DNA of 64,000 nt from Alphaproteobacteria bacterium (GCA_965205265.1 CBDBGH010000003.1:3936001-4000000); one strand, 5' to 3'; positions 50,475 to 62,193 are shown, counted from the stretch's first letter. The notes: generated by a model from the sequence alone, not told the origin. Made by a program: numbers and translations.

Positions 50475-51404
50475 CTACCGGTTCAGGAAATTGAGGGGGA
50501 GGCCGGGGCGGGGCCATTGCGTGGAGACCAGCCGGCCGGACATGGAGAGGGTGACGAAGGCGGTGCGGAGGTCCGGCCCGCCGAAGGCGATGTTGGTGGT
50601 CACCGGGTCCGGCATGGGCACATGCGCCGCCGCGCCGCCGTCCGGCGGGATGACGGTGATGCCGCCATTCTGGATCGTGGCGACGCAGATGCGGCCGTCT
50701 GCCTCGATGGCGAGCGAGTCGAAAAATTGCAGGCCGGGCGCGCCGTGGAGGCAGCGGCCGCGATGGCCGCGCACGGTCCTGCCGCCCGAGCCGGCAATGA
50801 CGCCCGGCGCCTCGAGGTCGAAGGCGATGAGCCGCGCCGTTTCGGTCTCGGCGACATAGACGCGGTCCTCCTCCGGCGAGAGGCCGACGCCGTTCGGCGC
50901 ATGGAGCGGCCAGACGGCCTCGCGGGCCGGCCCGCCGTCCGCCGGCGCGTAGAAAAGCCCGGTCACGTCCCGCACGCGCCCGCGGTCCTTGCCATGATCG
51001 GTGAACCAGAGGCCGCCCGTGCGGTCGAAGACGAGGTCGTTCGGGCCCTTGAGCGGTTCGCCCCCGCAGTCGCGCCAGACGGTCTCGACCGCGCCGGTTT
51101 GCAGGTCGATGCGCTGGATCGATCCACCCTCATAGTCGCGCGCGCAGCCGATCGGGAAGAGCCTACCGTCGCGGTCGAACCACTCCATGCCGCCATTGTT
51201 GCAGACCCAGAGCCTGCCGTCGGGACCGAGCGCGGCGCCGTTGGGGCCGCCGCCGGTCTCCGCAACGACCGACCGCGCGCCGTCCGGCGCGATGCGCGCA
51301 ATGCGCCCGGCCGCGATCTCGCAGACCAGCACATCGCCGCCGGGCAGGACCACCGGCCCCTCGGGAAACCGGAGTCCGCCTGCAATCTCGCTCAGTGCCG
51401 CCAT
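50475..51404 (-). CDS. SMP-30/gluconolactonase family protein
   Basis: FPEGP, GPNG, PNDL, PNGVGLSP, TNIAFGG. Confidence 0.92.
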   Translation of the reverse strand: MAALSEIAGGLRFPEGPVVLPGGDVLVCEIAAGRIARIAPDGARSVVAETGGGPNGAALGPDGRLWVCNNGGMEWFDRDGRLFPIGCARDYEGGSIQRIDLQTGAVETVWRDCGGEPLKGPNDLVFDRTGGLWFTDHGKDRGRVRDVTGLFYAPADGGPAREAVWPLHAPNGVGLSPEEDRVYVAETETARLIAFDLEAPGVIAGSGGRTVRGHRGRCLHGAPGLQFFDSLAIEADGRICVATIQNGGITVIPPDGGAAAHVPMPDPVTTNIAFGGPDLRTAFVTLSMSGRLVSTQWPRPGLPLNFLNR

Positions 51405-51468
51405 GTCGCGCGCGCCCCTCCCCTTCGCTATACTCGCCGGCCGCAACGCGCAAGGAGCGGCCCCACTC

Positions 51469-53541
51469 ATGGACGGAAGCCCGACCATCCATTTCAGCGC
51501 CTGCCCGCACGATTGCCCTTCGACCTGCGCGCTCGAGGTCGAACGCTTCGACGCGCACAGCATCGGCCGCGTCCGGGGCGCCCGCGAAAACGACTACACC
51601 GCCGGCGTGGTCTGCGCAAAGGTCGCGCGCTACGCCGAGCGCATCCACCACCCGGACCGCCTGCTCCATCCGATGGTCCGCACCGGCCCCAAGGGCTCGG
51701 GCAGGTTCGAGCGAATTTCCTGGGACAAGGCGCTCGACCTCTGCGCCGAGAAGTTCCTGGAGGCCGAGGCGAAGCACGGGCCGGAGACCGTCTGGCCCTA
51801 TTATTACGCCGGCACGATGGGCCTGGTGCAGCGCGACGGCATCAACCGCCTCCGCCACGCCAAGCGTTATTCCGGCTTCCACGCCACCATCTGCACCACG
51901 CTCGCCTGGAACGGCTTCATCGCCGGCACCGGCAGGCTCGCCGGCTCCGACCCGCGCGAGATGGCGAAGGCCGACCTGCTCGTGATCTGGGGCACCAACG
52001 CCGCCGCCACCCAGGTGAACGTGATGACGCACGCGGTCCGCGCCCGCAAGGAAAGGGGGGCGCGCATCGTCGTCATCGACGTCTATCGCAACGAGACGGC
52101 GAAGCAGGCCGACCGCTTCCTCTGCGTGCGGCCCGGCACGGACGGCGCGCTCGCCTGCGCGGTCATGCATGTGCTGTTCCGCGACGGCCATGCCGACCGG
52201 GAATACATGGAGGCGATGACCGACGCGCCGGCGGAACTGGAAGCGCATCTGGCGAGCCGCACGCCCGAATGGGCGGAGGCGATCTGCGGCGTGCCGGCCG
52301 CCGAGATCGAGGCGCTGGCCGGCGAAATCGGGCAGACGAAACGCACCTATCTGCGCCTCGGCTACGGCTTTTCGCGCCAGCGCAACGGCGCGGTCAACAT
52401 GCACGCCGCCTCCTGCATCGCGGCGGTGACCGGGGCCTGGAAATACGAGGGCGGCGGCGCCTTCCACAATAACGGCGCGATCTACGGCTGGGACAAGTCG
52501 CTGATCGAGGGGCTGGACATGCGCGACCCGACCGTGCGCCTGCTCGACCAGACGCGCATCGGCCCGGTGCTGACCGGCAATCCCGCCGACCTCCAGGGCG
52601 GCCCGCCGGTGACGGCGATGCTGATCCAGAACACCAACCCGATGATGGTGGCGCCCGAGCACCTGCTCGTGCGCGCCGGCTTCGAGCGCGAGGACCTGTT
52701 TGCCTGCGTGCATGAGCAGTTCATGACCGCGACGGCCGGGATGGCCGACCTGGTGCTGCCGGCCACCATGTTCCTCGAGCATGACGACATCTACCAGGGC
52801 GGCGGGCACAGCTATGTCATCGCCGGGCCGAAGATCGTCGAGCCGCCGGGCGAATGCCGGTCCAACCACGAGGTGACGGCGGCGCTCGCAAAGCGGCTCG
52901 GGGTCGATCATCCGGGCTATGCGATGACCGCCGCCGAGGTGGCCGACGCCACGCTCCGCCGCTCCGGCTATCCGGGCTTCGAGGAGTTGAAGTCCGAACG
53001 CTGGACGGACGCCCAGCCGGACTTCCGCGCGGCGCATTACCTGGACGGCTTCGCCTGGCCGGACGGCAGGTTCCGCTTCAAGCCGGACTGGGGGGCCTTC
53101 GCGCCGCGCGCCCACAATATCGCCGCCGGCATGCCCGGCCTGCCGGACCACTGGGACGCCATCGAGAACGCGACCGAGGACAAGCCGTTCCGCATGGCGA
53201 CCTCGCCGGCGCGCGGCTATCTCAACTCCTCCTTCACCGAGACGCCGACCTCGCAGCAGCGCGAGGGGCGGCCGACGGTGATGATCCATCCCGAGGACGC
53301 CCGGGAGCTCGGCATATCGGACGGCGGGCGCACGCGGGTCGGCAACGACAAGGCGTCGGTCGTCGTCCGCGCCCGGCATTTCGACGGGGTGAGGCGGGGC
53401 GTCGTCGTGGTGGAGAGCATCTGGCCGCATGAGGCGTTCGAGGAGGGGCTCGGCATCAACGCGCTCACCTCCGCCGATGCGGCCCCGCCCGTCGGCGGCG
53501 GCGTGTTCCACGACACGGCGGTCTGGGTGCGCGCCGCCTGA
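51469..53541 (+). CDS. Molybdopterin oxidoreductase family protein
   Basis: CPHDCPSTC...C Fe-S motif, [16 protein letters not shown]. Confidence 0.92.
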   Translation: MDGSPTIHFSACPHDCPSTCALEVERFDAHSIGRVRGARENDYTAGVVCAKVARYAERIHHPDRLLHPMVRTGPKGSGRFERISWDKALDLCAEKFLEAEAKHGPETVWPYYYAGTMGLVQRDGINRLRHAKRYSGFHATICTTLAWNGFIAGTGRLAGSDPREMAKADLLVIWGTNAAATQVNVMTHAVRARKERGARIVVIDVYRNETAKQADRFLCVRPGTDGALACAVMHVLFRDGHADREYMEAMTDAPAELEAHLASRTPEWAEAICGVPAAEIEALAGEIGQTKRTYLRLGYGFSRQRNGAVNMHAASCIAAVTGAWKYEGGGAFHNNGAIYGWDKSLIEGLDMRDPTVRLLDQTRIGPVLTGNPADLQGGPPVTAMLIQNTNPMMVAPEHLLVRAGFEREDLFACVHEQFMTATAGMADLVLPATMFLEHDDIYQGGGHSYVIAGPKIVEPPGECRSNHEVTAALAKRLGVDHPGYAMTAAEVADATLRRSGYPGFEELKSERWTDAQPDFRAAHYLDGFAWPDGRFRFKPDWGAFAPRAHNIAAGMPGLPDHWDAIENATEDKPFRMATSPARGYLNSSFTETPTSQQREGRPTVMIHPEDARELGISDGGRTRVGNDKASVVVRARHFDGVRRGVVVVESIWPHEAFEEGLGINALTSADAAPPVGGGVFHDTAVWVRAA

Positions 53542-54641
53542 TGGCCGTTGCGCTCGAAGCGGTCGCGGCCGCGACCGAAGGGCGCTTGCACGGCGACGGA
53601 GGGTTTGCGGTCGAGCGCCTGGTGCATCCCGTCGAGGCGCGCGGGGCCGGCGACCTCATCTTCCTGATGGAGGCGCGCCATGCCGCCATGCTGGCGGAGT
53701 TGCCCGTTCGCGCCGCCGTGCTGCCGCAGGGGTCGGAGCCGCCCGGGGGCGCGCTCGACGCCTGGGTCGAGGTGGAGGCGCCGCGCTATGCGCTGGCCGG
53801 GCTGGTGGCGCTGTTCGAGCCGGGCCCGCATGCGCCGCCGGGGGTGCATCCGACAGCGGATGTCGCCGGGGACGCCGTGCTGGGCGCGGGCGTCTCGCTC
53901 GGGCCGTTCGTCTCGATAGGGCCGGGGGCGGAGATCGGCGCGGGCGCGCGCATCCTTTCGCATGCGTCCATCGGGGCAGGGGCGCGCCTCGGGCCCGACT
54001 GCCTGGTCCATGCCGGCGCGCGTGTCGGCGAAGGCGCGGTGCTGGGCGCGCGGGTGATCCTGCAGGCCGGCGCGGTCATCGGCGCGGACGGTTTCAGCTA
54101 TGTGACGCACGGGCCGGCCTCCTTCGAGGTGGCGCGGCGTTCCGGGGACTATCACGGCGTCGTAAACGAGCGCGTCCGGCGCATCGGCTCGCTCGGCCGG
54201 GTCGAGCTCGGCGATGATGTCGAGGTCGGCGCCAACAGCTGCATAGACCGCTCCAATATCGGGGCGACCCGCATCGGCGCGCGCACCAAGATCGACAATC
54301 TCTGCCAGATCGGCCACAACATCGTCATCGGCGAAGACTGCCTGATTTCCGGCAAGACCGGCATCGCCGGCAGCACGCGGATCGGCGACCGGGTGGTGCT
54401 GGGGGGCGCGGCCATGCTCGCCGACCATATCGAGATCGGCGACGACGCCGTGGTCGGCGGCGCCGCGGCCGTCTGGAAGTCCGTGCCGCCCGGCCAGGTC
54501 TGGGTCGGCTATCCGGCCAGGCCCAAATCCGTTTATCTGGCGGCCCAGGCGCATCTGGCGCGCATGGGCCGCGTCGCCACCCAGCTCCGCCGCCTCGCCG
54601 CTCGCGTGCTCACCCTCGAAGGCGGCTCCGGCCGGGGCTGA
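53541..54641 (+). CDS. lpxD: UDP-3-O-(3-hydroxyacyl)glucosamine N-acyltransferase
   Basis: Hexapeptide repeats, [27 protein letters not shown]. Confidence 0.92.
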   Translation: MAVALEAVAAATEGRLHGDGGFAVERLVHPVEARGAGDLIFLMEARHAAMLAELPVRAAVLPQGSEPPGGALDAWVEVEAPRYALAGLVALFEPGPHAPPGVHPTADVAGDAVLGAGVSLGPFVSIGPGAEIGAGARILSHASIGAGARLGPDCLVHAGARVGEGAVLGARVILQAGAVIGADGFSYVTHGPASFEVARRSGDYHGVVNERVRRIGSLGRVELGDDVEVGANSCIDRSNIGATRIGARTKIDNLCQIGHNIVIGEDCLISGKTGIAGSTRIGDRVVLGGAAMLADHIEIGDDAVVGGAAAVWKSVPPGQVWVGYPARPKSVYLAAQAHLARMGRVATQLRRLAARVLTLEGGSGRG

Positions 54642-54878
54642 GAGCGCGGACAGGCGGGGACGTTCGTTTTTGCGGATCGCAGGCCACAGGACCGCCGGCA
54701 GCCTCCCGAAATGCGGCAGGAAGCTCTTGCAGAATGGCTGTTACGATTGCACATAATCGGTACACTGCCCGCTCTCGAGGCGCGTCGCCGAAACCGCGGC
54801 GCGGGAGGAGCGTTGTATGGGACCGTGCAACAGGCCGCCGGCGTCGAAGCCGGGCCTGTCCGGAAGGTATGATCGCCG

Positions 54879-55262
54879 ATGAACGCCGCCCGACATCCCG
54901 AACGGGCGGATAGCTTGCGCGAGCTCGGCGGGGTTGTCGCAGAAGCGCAAGAGGAAGGCTTCCCTCGACCGTCCGAAGAGGCCGTGAAGAATGCGCGCCG
55001 GCTCCTTCGGGCGATGCACAGGATATCGCCGCAGCGTTTCGAGGTTTATCCCACGCCGGACGGAGAGGTTGCGATAGATGCGCCGGGCGGAGCGGGACGG
55101 TCTGTCATTCTGCTGTGCGCTTCGGACGGCGGAGCGCTTTGCCTTGTGAACATGGGCGGCGCGCATCGGCGCGCCCGCTATTCGGACACGACACGGCTGC
55201 CGGACGGGTTCGTCCGGGAGGCGCTGGAGGAATTGGCGCAGCGTGACAAGCGCGCCGCGTGA
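54879..55262 (+). CDS. Hypothetical protein, candidate antitoxin
   Basis: 127 aa, PSEEAVKNARRLL...VYPTPDGEVAI. GTGA-coupled to the next gene. Confidence 0.6.
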   Translation: MNAARHPERADSLRELGGVVAEAQEEGFPRPSEEAVKNARRLLRAMHRISPQRFEVYPTPDGEVAIDAPGGAGRSVILLCASDGGALCLVNMGGAHRRARYSDTTRLPDGFVREALEELAQRDKRAA

Positions 55263-55669
55263 CGGCACCGGACGGGATTGCGCCGGGAGAAAATCTCGGC
55301 AGAGGCGTGTTCTCGCGCAGCCAGGCGCGGCGGGCCGAGCGGGGCCGCGTCCTCCTCAATGCGTTTCTGGAAGCGGAAGGCGAGGCTGAAATCTCGGTCG
55401 ATCGTCTCGACATGGCGCCACCGATGGAAGCGAAGGAGATTGGCGACAGGGTAGCCGCTGGACGGGGCAAGCAATTCTATGGCTGGGCCGTTGTCGTCCT
55501 TGAGGTTGCAGCCGCCAACCAAAGGCAGGCGCTCGCTTCTCCGCAGTTGGACAATCCCTACCACGCGGACATCGTCCTGCCGGATGCTGCGGTCGAGGAC
55601 CGGGACGAGCAGAAACGCCATGCGCAGGAACTCGCGGACGCATCGGCATGGCGCGGTCGGGACGATTGA
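55259..55669 (+). CDS. Hypothetical protein, candidate ADP-ribosyltransferase-like toxin
   Basis: LGRGVF...AF...ISVDR...GWA...SP..DNPYHADI; the R/S/H spacing resembles ART/RES-like folds (inferred). Confidence 0.55.
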   Translation: MTAPDGIAPGENLGRGVFSRSQARRAERGRVLLNAFLEAEGEAEISVDRLDMAPPMEAKEIGDRVAAGRGKQFYGWAVVVLEVAAANQRQALASPQLDNPYHADIVLPDAAVEDRDEQKRHAQELADASAWRGRDD

Positions 55670-55670
55670 A

Positions 55671-55722
55671 CGCAACCCGGCTCCGCCGCCTCGCCGCCCG
55701 CGTCCTCACCCTCGAAGGCGGC
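55671..55722 (+). repeat. Duplicate of the lpxD 3' region
   Basis: 48/52 identical, ungapped, to 54575-54626 (peptide AT[Q/R][14 protein letters not shown]). Confidence 0.92.
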
Positions 55723-55726
55723 CCAT

Positions 55727-55975
55727 TCAGACTCCGCCGACCACCAGCGGATAGTCGAGACGATTCCCGATCGGGACCGCGCCCGTCTCATCGAGGCCCG
55801 GTTGTCCCTGCCGTTCGGACCGGGCTTCCAGAAGTTTCCGGGCGACATCGCGAGCGATTTCCAGCGTCTCGGTCACCGTTCGCCCCTGTGCGACGAGACC
55901 GGGTACCTCCTCAGAGGTCGCCAGCCAGACGCCTTCCGGCTGCCTCTCGATATGCAGCTTTACAATTCGCTCCAT
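55727..55975 (-). CDS. HicB-like/DUF1902 antitoxin, orphan
   Basis: PEGVWLATSEEVPGLVAQGRTVTETLEIARDVA. Confidence 0.85.
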   Translation of the reverse strand: MERIVKLHIERQPEGVWLATSEEVPGLVAQGRTVTETLEIARDVARKLLEARSERQGQPGLDETGAVPIGNRLDYPLVVGGV

Positions 55976-56017
55976 CCGCGACCTCGGCGCAACATAGCTC
56001 CCTCGGGCACCCGGACG

Positions 56018-57247
56018 TCAAGCACGCTCGATGTTGCCGCTGCGGAGCGGAATCCCGAACTCGCGGTGGCAGATTTCGGCGAGCTTCCCCACGCCGTCGC
56101 GGATTTCCTCCACGGTCGGGTTGCCGAAGCAGAGCCGGATGCGCGAGCGGGCGGGCGCGGCGTCGGCGGACCATTCCGGGCCCGGATTGATGGCGATGCC
56201 GGCGGCGGCCGAGGCGGCGGCCAGTTTCATCGCGTCCACCGCCTCCGGAAAGGAAATCCACAGGAAGATGCCGCCCGCCGGCGGCACGAACTCCGCGGCC
56301 GTGCCGAAATGCTCCTCCAGCGCCCCGGTCATGGCGTCGAGCTTCTCCTTGAGCAGCCCCGTCACGCGCTCGACATGGGCGTCGAAGCGGGTCCGGCAGT
56401 ATTCCGCCAGCATCAGCTGTTCGAGCGCGCCGGTGCCGCCGTCGGTCTTGCAGGCGACCATGCGGGCGATGAGGGCGGGTTCGGCCACGATGTATCCGAC
56501 GCGCAGCGCCGGCGCGACGGTCTTCGAGAACGACCCGCAATGGATGACCCGGTTGCCCTCGTCCATCGCCGCGATGGCGGGCGGGCGCTCGCCGGTCCAA
56601 AGCAGGTCGGCATAGCATTCGTCCTCGAAGACGGGCACGCCGTATGCCGCCGAGAGGCGCAGCAGCTCGGCCCGCCTGGCTTCCGGCATGATGCTGCCGC
56701 CGGGGTTCTGGATCGTCGGGATGACATAGATGAATTTCGGCTTCACGCCTTGCGCGGCGAGCGCGGCCAGCTTTTCGCCGAGCAGGTCCATGCGCATGCC
56801 GCCGCCGTCCAGCGGAATGCCCACCGGCCTGGCGCCGAGCTTGCGCAGGCGGGCGAGCGCGCTGCCGTAGCTGAACTGCTCGACCAGGACCGTGTCGCCG
56901 GGGCGAAGGAAGAGCTCGTTGACGAGGTCCAGCCCCTGGTTCGAGCCCGAGGTGATGAGGACATTGTCGGGCGAGACCGAGAGGCCGCTGCGTTTGCGGA
57001 GCTTGGCGGCCACGAATTCCCGCAGCGGCCGGTAGCCGAGCGGCCCGCTGTCCAGCCCGTAGGTCGCCAGCGTCGTTCCCTCCCGGCGGAGCGCCGAGGC
57101 GGTTGCGGCGATCATGTCCTCGACCGGCATGCTCGCCGCATCGACATTGCCGCCGATGAAATTATAGGGCGCGAACCCGTTCCAGCGCGGGGCCGGCGGC
57201 GGCAGGCCGGGCGCGAGCAGGGCGTCGTAATCGATGGCGGCGGGCAA
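56018..57247 (-). CDS. PLP-dependent aminotransferase class I/II (MocR-like catalytic domain)
   Basis: ITSGSNQGL, PTIQNP, EDECY, GSFSKTVAPALRVG. TTG start with AGGAG RBS. Confidence 0.9.
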   Translation of the reverse strand: MPAAIDYDALLAPGLPPPAPRWNGFAPYNFIGGNVDAASMPVEDMIAATASALRREGTTLATYGLDSGPLGYRPLREFVAAKLRKRSGLSVSPDNVLITSGSNQGLDLVNELFLRPGDTVLVEQFSYGSALARLRKLGARPVGIPLDGGGMRMDLLGEKLAALAAQGVKPKFIYVIPTIQNPGGSIMPEARRAELLRLSAAYGVPVFEDECYADLLWTGERPPAIAAMDEGNRVIHCGSFSKTVAPALRVGYIVAEPALIARMVACKTDGGTGALEQLMLAEYCRTRFDAHVERVTGLLKEKLDAMTGALEEHFGTAAEFVPPAGGIFLWISFPEAVDAMKLAAASAAAGIAINPGPEWSADAAPARSRIRLCFGNPTVEEIRDGVGKLAEICHREFGIPLRSGNIERA

Positions 57248-57282
57248 GGGGCGGCTCCTTCGTTCGTTCGGATCGGGGCCGG

Positions 57283-57975
57283 CTATTCCGGCGAGACGTG
57301 GCGGTGGAGGACCGCGAGGTCGGCGATCCGCGCATCCCCGCCCTTGATGGTCACCCCGTGGTTCCTCAGCTGGGCCAGCGCCCGCGAAAAGGTTTCCGGC
57401 TTCATGCCGAGCCGGTTGGCGATCAGTTTCTTGTCGTAGGGCAGCCGCACATCGACGGCGCTGCCATAGGGCCTCGACGGGGAACAGAAATGCAGCAGGA
57501 ACGCCCCGACGCGCTGCGACGAGGTCTGGCTGCTGGCCGTCTCGATCCTTGTCACGAGGCGCTTCAGGTTGACCGCGAGCGAGGCGAACGTCCTCAGGAC
57601 CATGTCGGGGTCCTCGCGCAGGCGGTCGATATATTCGACGACCGGCACCGCCAGAAGCCGCCCGCCCTCGACCATCTCGGCGGAAACCGGGTAGCCGTCG
57701 GGCATGCAGATGGCGCCCTCGGCAAAGGATTCGCCGGGCCCGAACACCTCGATGATGACCTCCGAGCCGTCCGGACGCAGGCGGTAGAGCTTCACCCAGC
57801 CGGACAGCACGCCGAAAAAGTGGGTGACCGGGTCCCCCTGCTCGAAGATCGTGGTCCGTTTCGAATAAGCCAGGACTTCCGCGTCCTTGACCACCGAGCG
57901 GAGCGCGTCCGCCGCCAGCCCCCGAAACATGGGGAGCTGATGGACCATCTCCAGGTCGTCGCCGCCTACGGCCAT
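57283..57975 (-). CDS. Crp/Fnr-family regulator (DNR/NnrR-like, lacks FNR cysteine cluster)
   Basis: cNMP domain GWVKLYR...PGESFAE; HTH IANRLGMKPETFSR. Divergent from nosR. Confidence 0.9.
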   Translation of the reverse strand: MAVGGDDLEMVHQLPMFRGLAADALRSVVKDAEVLAYSKRTTIFEQGDPVTHFFGVLSGWVKLYRLRPDGSEVIIEVFGPGESFAEGAICMPDGYPVSAEMVEGGRLLAVPVVEYIDRLREDPDMVLRTFASLAVNLKRLVTRIETASSQTSSQRVGAFLLHFCSPSRPYGSAVDVRLPYDKKLIANRLGMKPETFSRALAQLRNHGVTIKGGDARIADLAVLHRHVSPE

Positions 57976-58058
57976 CGCTTCTCCGCCTCGGCTCCATGCC
58001 GGCCCGGCCGGAACGCCGCAGGGTTACAACGCCATGGACCGTCCCGCAAGGAACCCGG

Positions 58059-58072
58059 TTGACCGGCGTCAA
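58059..58072. promoter_or_regulatory. FNR/DNR-type box upstream of nosR
   Basis: Palindrome TTGAC-CGGC-GTCAA, 55 bp before the nosR start. Confidence 0.8.
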
Positions 58073-58127
58073 GGAGCGAACGGGCCGAATTCGCTAGGGT
58101 CCCGCCCACAGCACGGAGGAACATCCG

Positions 58128-60308
58128 GTGTCCCGCGGCTCGATCGTCGGCCTGTTCCTGTGGCTATCGGCTCTGCCGATTGCCGCATGGGGGTCCGAAT
58201 TGCCGCGCTTTCTGGGCGGGCTCGCACCGGAGGCGCTCGTCCCCGGGGCGACCGGCTTCGGGCCGGTCCGCAGCGACCTCCCCGTCGCCCCGGTCCTGAA
58301 AGGCGGCGAAACCGCAGGCTGGGCCTTCCTCACATCGGATTTCGTCGGCACCACCGGTTATTCCGGCAAGCCGATCCATGTCGTCGCGGCGATGTCGCCC
58401 GATGCGGTGCTGACCGGGGTCAGGCTCGTCGAGCATTCCGAGCCCATCGTGCTGATCGGCATACCCGACGCGAAAATGCGGCGGCTGACCGAGTCCTATG
58501 CCGGCATCGACCTGAAACTCGAGGCGGCTGAAGGCGGCTCGGCGCACGATCTCGACATCATCTCGGGCGCGACCGTGACGGTGATGGTGATCGATGACTC
58601 GGTCATCCGGGCCGGCCTCAAGGTGGCGCGGGCGCTCGGTCTCGGCGGCCTCGCGCCGGAGGCCGCCGCCGGCCCCGTCCGCGAGGTGGACCGGGCGAAA
58701 CGGGAAGTGCTCGACTGGACCGTGCTCGCCGGGGACGGCTCGGTGCGCGCGCTCTCGCTCGATGTCTCCCAGGTCAATGCGGCCTTCGAGGCGACGGGCG
58801 ACCCCAAGGCCATCGCCCGCCCGGAACGGGGCGCGCCGGAAGAGACCTTCATCGACCTGCGCGCGGCGCTTGCCAGCGTGCCGTCCATCGGGCTCAGCCT
58901 GCTCGGCGAGGCGGAATACGCCAATCTCTCCCGATGGATCGGCGAGGACGGCCACGCCCTCCTGGTCGCGGGCCGCGGGCGCTACTCCTTCAAGGGCTCG
59001 GGCTATGTGCGCGGCGGCATCTTCGACCGCATCCAGCTCATCCAGGGCGACCGGTCGATCCGCTTCTTCGACCGCGACCACAGGCGGCTCGGCGACATCG
59101 CTGCCGACGGCGCCCCTTCCTTCACCGAGCTGGACCTCTTCCGGATTCCCGCGGATGCGGCGTTCGAGCCGGGCGAGCCGTGGCGGCTGCAGCTACTGGT
59201 GCAGCGCGCCGTGGGGGCCGTGGACAAGCGGTTCCTGACCTTCGACCTCGGCTACCGCCTGCCGGAGCGCTACCTGCTGCCGCCCGTCCTCGCGGCGGAG
59301 GCGGAAGCCGGCGAGGCGGAGGCCAAGGCGGCGCTCTGGCAGCGGGTCTGGCACGACCGCCGGTTCGAGATCGCCGGGCTCGCCGTCATGCTCGCGCTGC
59401 TGACCGCAATCTTCTTCTTCCAGCGCCAGGTGACGAGGAACGCCCGGCTCTATTTCTGGCTGCGCATGGGCTTCCTCACGGCCACGCTCTTCTTCCTCGG
59501 CTGGTACGCCAGCGCCCAGCTTTCGGTCGTGAACCTGATGGCGCTGTTCGGCAGCCTGCGCACGGGCTTCGCCTGGGATGCGTTCCTGCTCGACCCGCTG
59601 GTCTTCATCCTCTGGTTCTCCGTGGCGGCGGCGCTGATCTTCTGGGGGCGGGGCGCCTATTGCGGCTGGCTCTGTCCTTTCGGCGCGCTGCAGGAGCTCA
59701 CCAACAAGATCGCGCGCGCGCTCCGCGTGCCGCAATGGGAGCTTCCCTGGGGCCTGCATGAGCGGCTCTGGCCGGTGAAATATGTGCTGTTCCTCGGCCT
59801 GTTCGGCATCTCGCTCGCCTCGATTCCGCTCGCCGAGACCTTCGCCGAGGTCGAGCCGTTCAAGACCGCCATCGTGTTGAAATTCGCCCGCGAATGGCCG
59901 TTCGTGCTGTTCGCGGTTTCGCTGCTGGCCGCCGGGCTCTTCGTCGAGCGTTTCTTCTGCCGCTATCTCTGCCCGCTCGGCGCCGCGCTTGCGATTCCGG
60001 CGCGGATCCGCATGTTCGCCTGGCTCAGGCGCTACCACGAGTGCGGCCATCCCTGCCAGCTCTGCGCCAACGAATGCCCCGTCCAGGCCATCCACCCGAC
60101 GGGCGAGATCAACCCGAACGAATGCGTGAACTGCCTGCACTGCCAGGTGCTCTACCAGTCCACGGCCAAATGCCCGGTCTGCATCAAGCGGCAGCGGAGC
60201 CGGGAACGCCTCGCCCGCAGCGCCGGCGCGCTCAGCGCCGCGCTCGCCCGGGCGCCCAACGCACCCACATCCCGGAAGGAGGGGAGTCATGACCGACAAG
60301 GCGAATAA
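58128..60308 (+). CDS. nosR: NosR/NirI FMN- and Fe-S-binding membrane protein
   Basis: [35 protein letters not shown]-terminal ferredoxin motifs. Confidence 0.96.
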   Translation: MSRGSIVGLFLWLSALPIAAWGSELPRFLGGLAPEALVPGATGFGPVRSDLPVAPVLKGGETAGWAFLTSDFVGTTGYSGKPIHVVAAMSPDAVLTGVRLVEHSEPIVLIGIPDAKMRRLTESYAGIDLKLEAAEGGSAHDLDIISGATVTVMVIDDSVIRAGLKVARALGLGGLAPEAAAGPVREVDRAKREVLDWTVLAGDGSVRALSLDVSQVNAAFEATGDPKAIARPERGAPEETFIDLRAALASVPSIGLSLLGEAEYANLSRWIGEDGHALLVAGRGRYSFKGSGYVRGGIFDRIQLIQGDRSIRFFDRDHRRLGDIAADGAPSFTELDLFRIPADAAFEPGEPWRLQLLVQRAVGAVDKRFLTFDLGYRLPERYLLPPVLAAEAEAGEAEAKAALWQRVWHDRRFEIAGLAVMLALLTAIFFFQRQVTRNARLYFWLRMGFLTATLFFLGWYASAQLSVVNLMALFGSLRTGFAWDAFLLDPLVFILWFSVAAALIFWGRGAYCGWLCPFGALQELTNKIARALRVPQWELPWGLHERLWPVKYVLFLGLFGISLASIPLAETFAEVEPFKTAIVLKFAREWPFVLFAVSLLAAGLFVERFFCRYLCPLGAALAIPARIRMFAWLRRYHECGHPCQLCANECPVQAIHPTGEINPNECVNCLHCQVLYQSTAKCPVCIKRQRSRERLARSAGALSAALARAPNAPTSRKEGSHDRQGE

Positions 60309-62193
60309 ACTCCGCGTCACCCGGCGCGGCCTCATGCGGGCGACCGCAGGCGGAGCGGTCGCCGCGGCGGCGACGGCCGCGGCCGGCGTCGCGGGCCCGG
60401 GGCGTGCGCAGGCCGCCGCGGGCAGCCACGCGCTCGCGCCCGGCCAGCTCGACGACTATTACGGCTTCTGGTCGTCCGGCCAGACGGGCGAGTTGCGCAT
60501 CCTGGGCGTCCCGTCCATGCGCGAGCTTATGCGCGTGCCCGTCTTCAACCGCTGCTCGGCGTCGGGCTGGGGCCAGACCAATGAGAGCCTCAAGGTGCTG
60601 ACCGAGGGTCTCACGCCGGAAACGAAGGCGTTCCTGGCCGCCAGCGGCCGCGTCACCTACGACAATGGCGACCTCCACCACCCGCATATGTCGTTCACCG
60701 ACGGTACCTATGACGGCCGCTACCTCTTCATGAACGACAAGGCGAACACCCGGGTCGCGCGGGTGCGCTGCGACATCATGAAGTGCGACAAGATCATCGA
60801 GATCCCGAACGCAGCGGACATCCACGGCCTGCGCCCGCAGAAATACCCCCGCACCGGCTATGTCTTCGCCAATGGCGAGCATGAGACGCCGCTCGTCAAT
60901 GACGGCAGCATCCTCGACAGCCCGGAAGACTACGTCAACATCTTCACCGCCATAGACGGCGACACGATGACCGTCGCCTGGCAGGTGATCGTCTCCGGCA
61001 ATCTCGACAATTGCGACGCCGACTACCAGGGCAAATACGCCTTCTCCACCAGCTACAACTCCGAGATGGGGATGACGCTGGCCGAAATGACCGAGAGCGA
61101 GACCGACCACTGCGTCATCTTCGACATCGAGGCCATCGAGGCGGGCGTGGCGGCCGGCGACGGGCAGATGCTGAACGGCGTGCGCGTGCTCGACGGGCGC
61201 AAGGGCTCGAAATACACGCGCTATGTGCCGATCCCGAACAGCCCGCATGGCTGCAACACCGCCCCGGACAAGCGCCATGTCGTCATCAATGGCAAGCTCT
61301 CGCCCACGGTCTCGGTGATCGACGTAACGAAGGTGGATGCGCTCTTCTCCGAGAATGCCGATCCGCGCTCCTGCATCGTCGCGGAGCCGCAGCTCGGCCT
61401 GGGGCCGCTCCACACCGCCTTCGACGGCAAGGGCGGCGCCTTCACCACGCTCTTCCTCGACAGCCAGATCGTGAAATGGGACCTCGAGAAGGCCATCCGC
61501 GCCTATGCCGGCGAGGACGTGGACCCGATCGTCTCCAAGGTCGATGTCCACTACCAGCCGGGGCACAACCACAGCACCATGGGCGAGACGGCCGAGGCGG
61601 ACGGCAAATGGCTCGTTTCGATGAACAAGTTCTCCAAGGACCGCTTCATCAATGTCGGGCCGCTGAAGCCCGAGAACGAGCAGCTCATCGACATTTCGTC
61701 CGACGAGATGAAGGTGCTCCATGACGGGCCGACCTTCGCCGAGCCGCATGACTGCATCATCGTGCGCCGCGACATCGTGAACCCGAAGACCATATGGGAC
61801 CGGGACGACCCGATGTTCGAGGACGCCGTCAGGCAGGCGGCGGCGGACGGCGTCGATCTGGAGGACGGCGCCGAGGAGCCGATCCGCGACGGCAACAAGG
61901 TGCGCGTCTACATGTATTCGGTCGCGCCCGAGTTCTCGATGGAAAAGTTCACCGTTCGGCAGGGCGACGAGGTCACGATCTACATCACCAATCTCGACGA
62001 TGTGGACGATGTGACCCACGGCTTCTGCCTGTCGAACTACGGCATCGCCTTCGAGATTGCACCGCAGGCGACGGCCTCGGTCACCTTCACCGCCGACCGT
62101 CCGGGCGTCCACTGGTTCTACTGCCAGTGGTTCTGCCATGCGCTCCACATGGAGATGCGCGGGCGGATGTTCGTCGAGCCGAGAGCCGCATGA
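60289..62193 (+). CDS. nosZ: Nitrous-oxide reductase, clade I (Tat-exported)
   Basis: TRRGLM Tat signal, DLHHPH, GPLH, HYQPGH, EPHD, CuA motif [12 protein letters not shown]. Confidence 0.98.
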   Translation: MTDKANKLRVTRRGLMRATAGGAVAAAATAAAGVAGPGRAQAAAGSHALAPGQLDDYYGFWSSGQTGELRILGVPSMRELMRVPVFNRCSASGWGQTNESLKVLTEGLTPETKAFLAASGRVTYDNGDLHHPHMSFTDGTYDGRYLFMNDKANTRVARVRCDIMKCDKIIEIPNAADIHGLRPQKYPRTGYVFANGEHETPLVNDGSILDSPEDYVNIFTAIDGDTMTVAWQVIVSGNLDNCDADYQGKYAFSTSYNSEMGMTLAEMTESETDHCVIFDIEAIEAGVAAGDGQMLNGVRVLDGRKGSKYTRYVPIPNSPHGCNTAPDKRHVVINGKLSPTVSVIDVTKVDALFSENADPRSCIVAEPQLGLGPLHTAFDGKGGAFTTLFLDSQIVKWDLEKAIRAYAGEDVDPIVSKVDVHYQPGHNHSTMGETAEADGKWLVSMNKFSKDRFINVGPLKPENEQLIDISSDEMKVLHDGPTFAEPHDCIIVRRDIVNPKTIWDRDDPMFEDAVRQAAADGVDLEDGAEEPIRDGNKVRVYMYSVAPEFSMEKFTVRQGDEVTIYITNLDDVDDVTHGFCLSNYGIAFEIAPQATASVTFTADRPGVHWFYCQWFCHALHMEMRGRMFVEPRAA

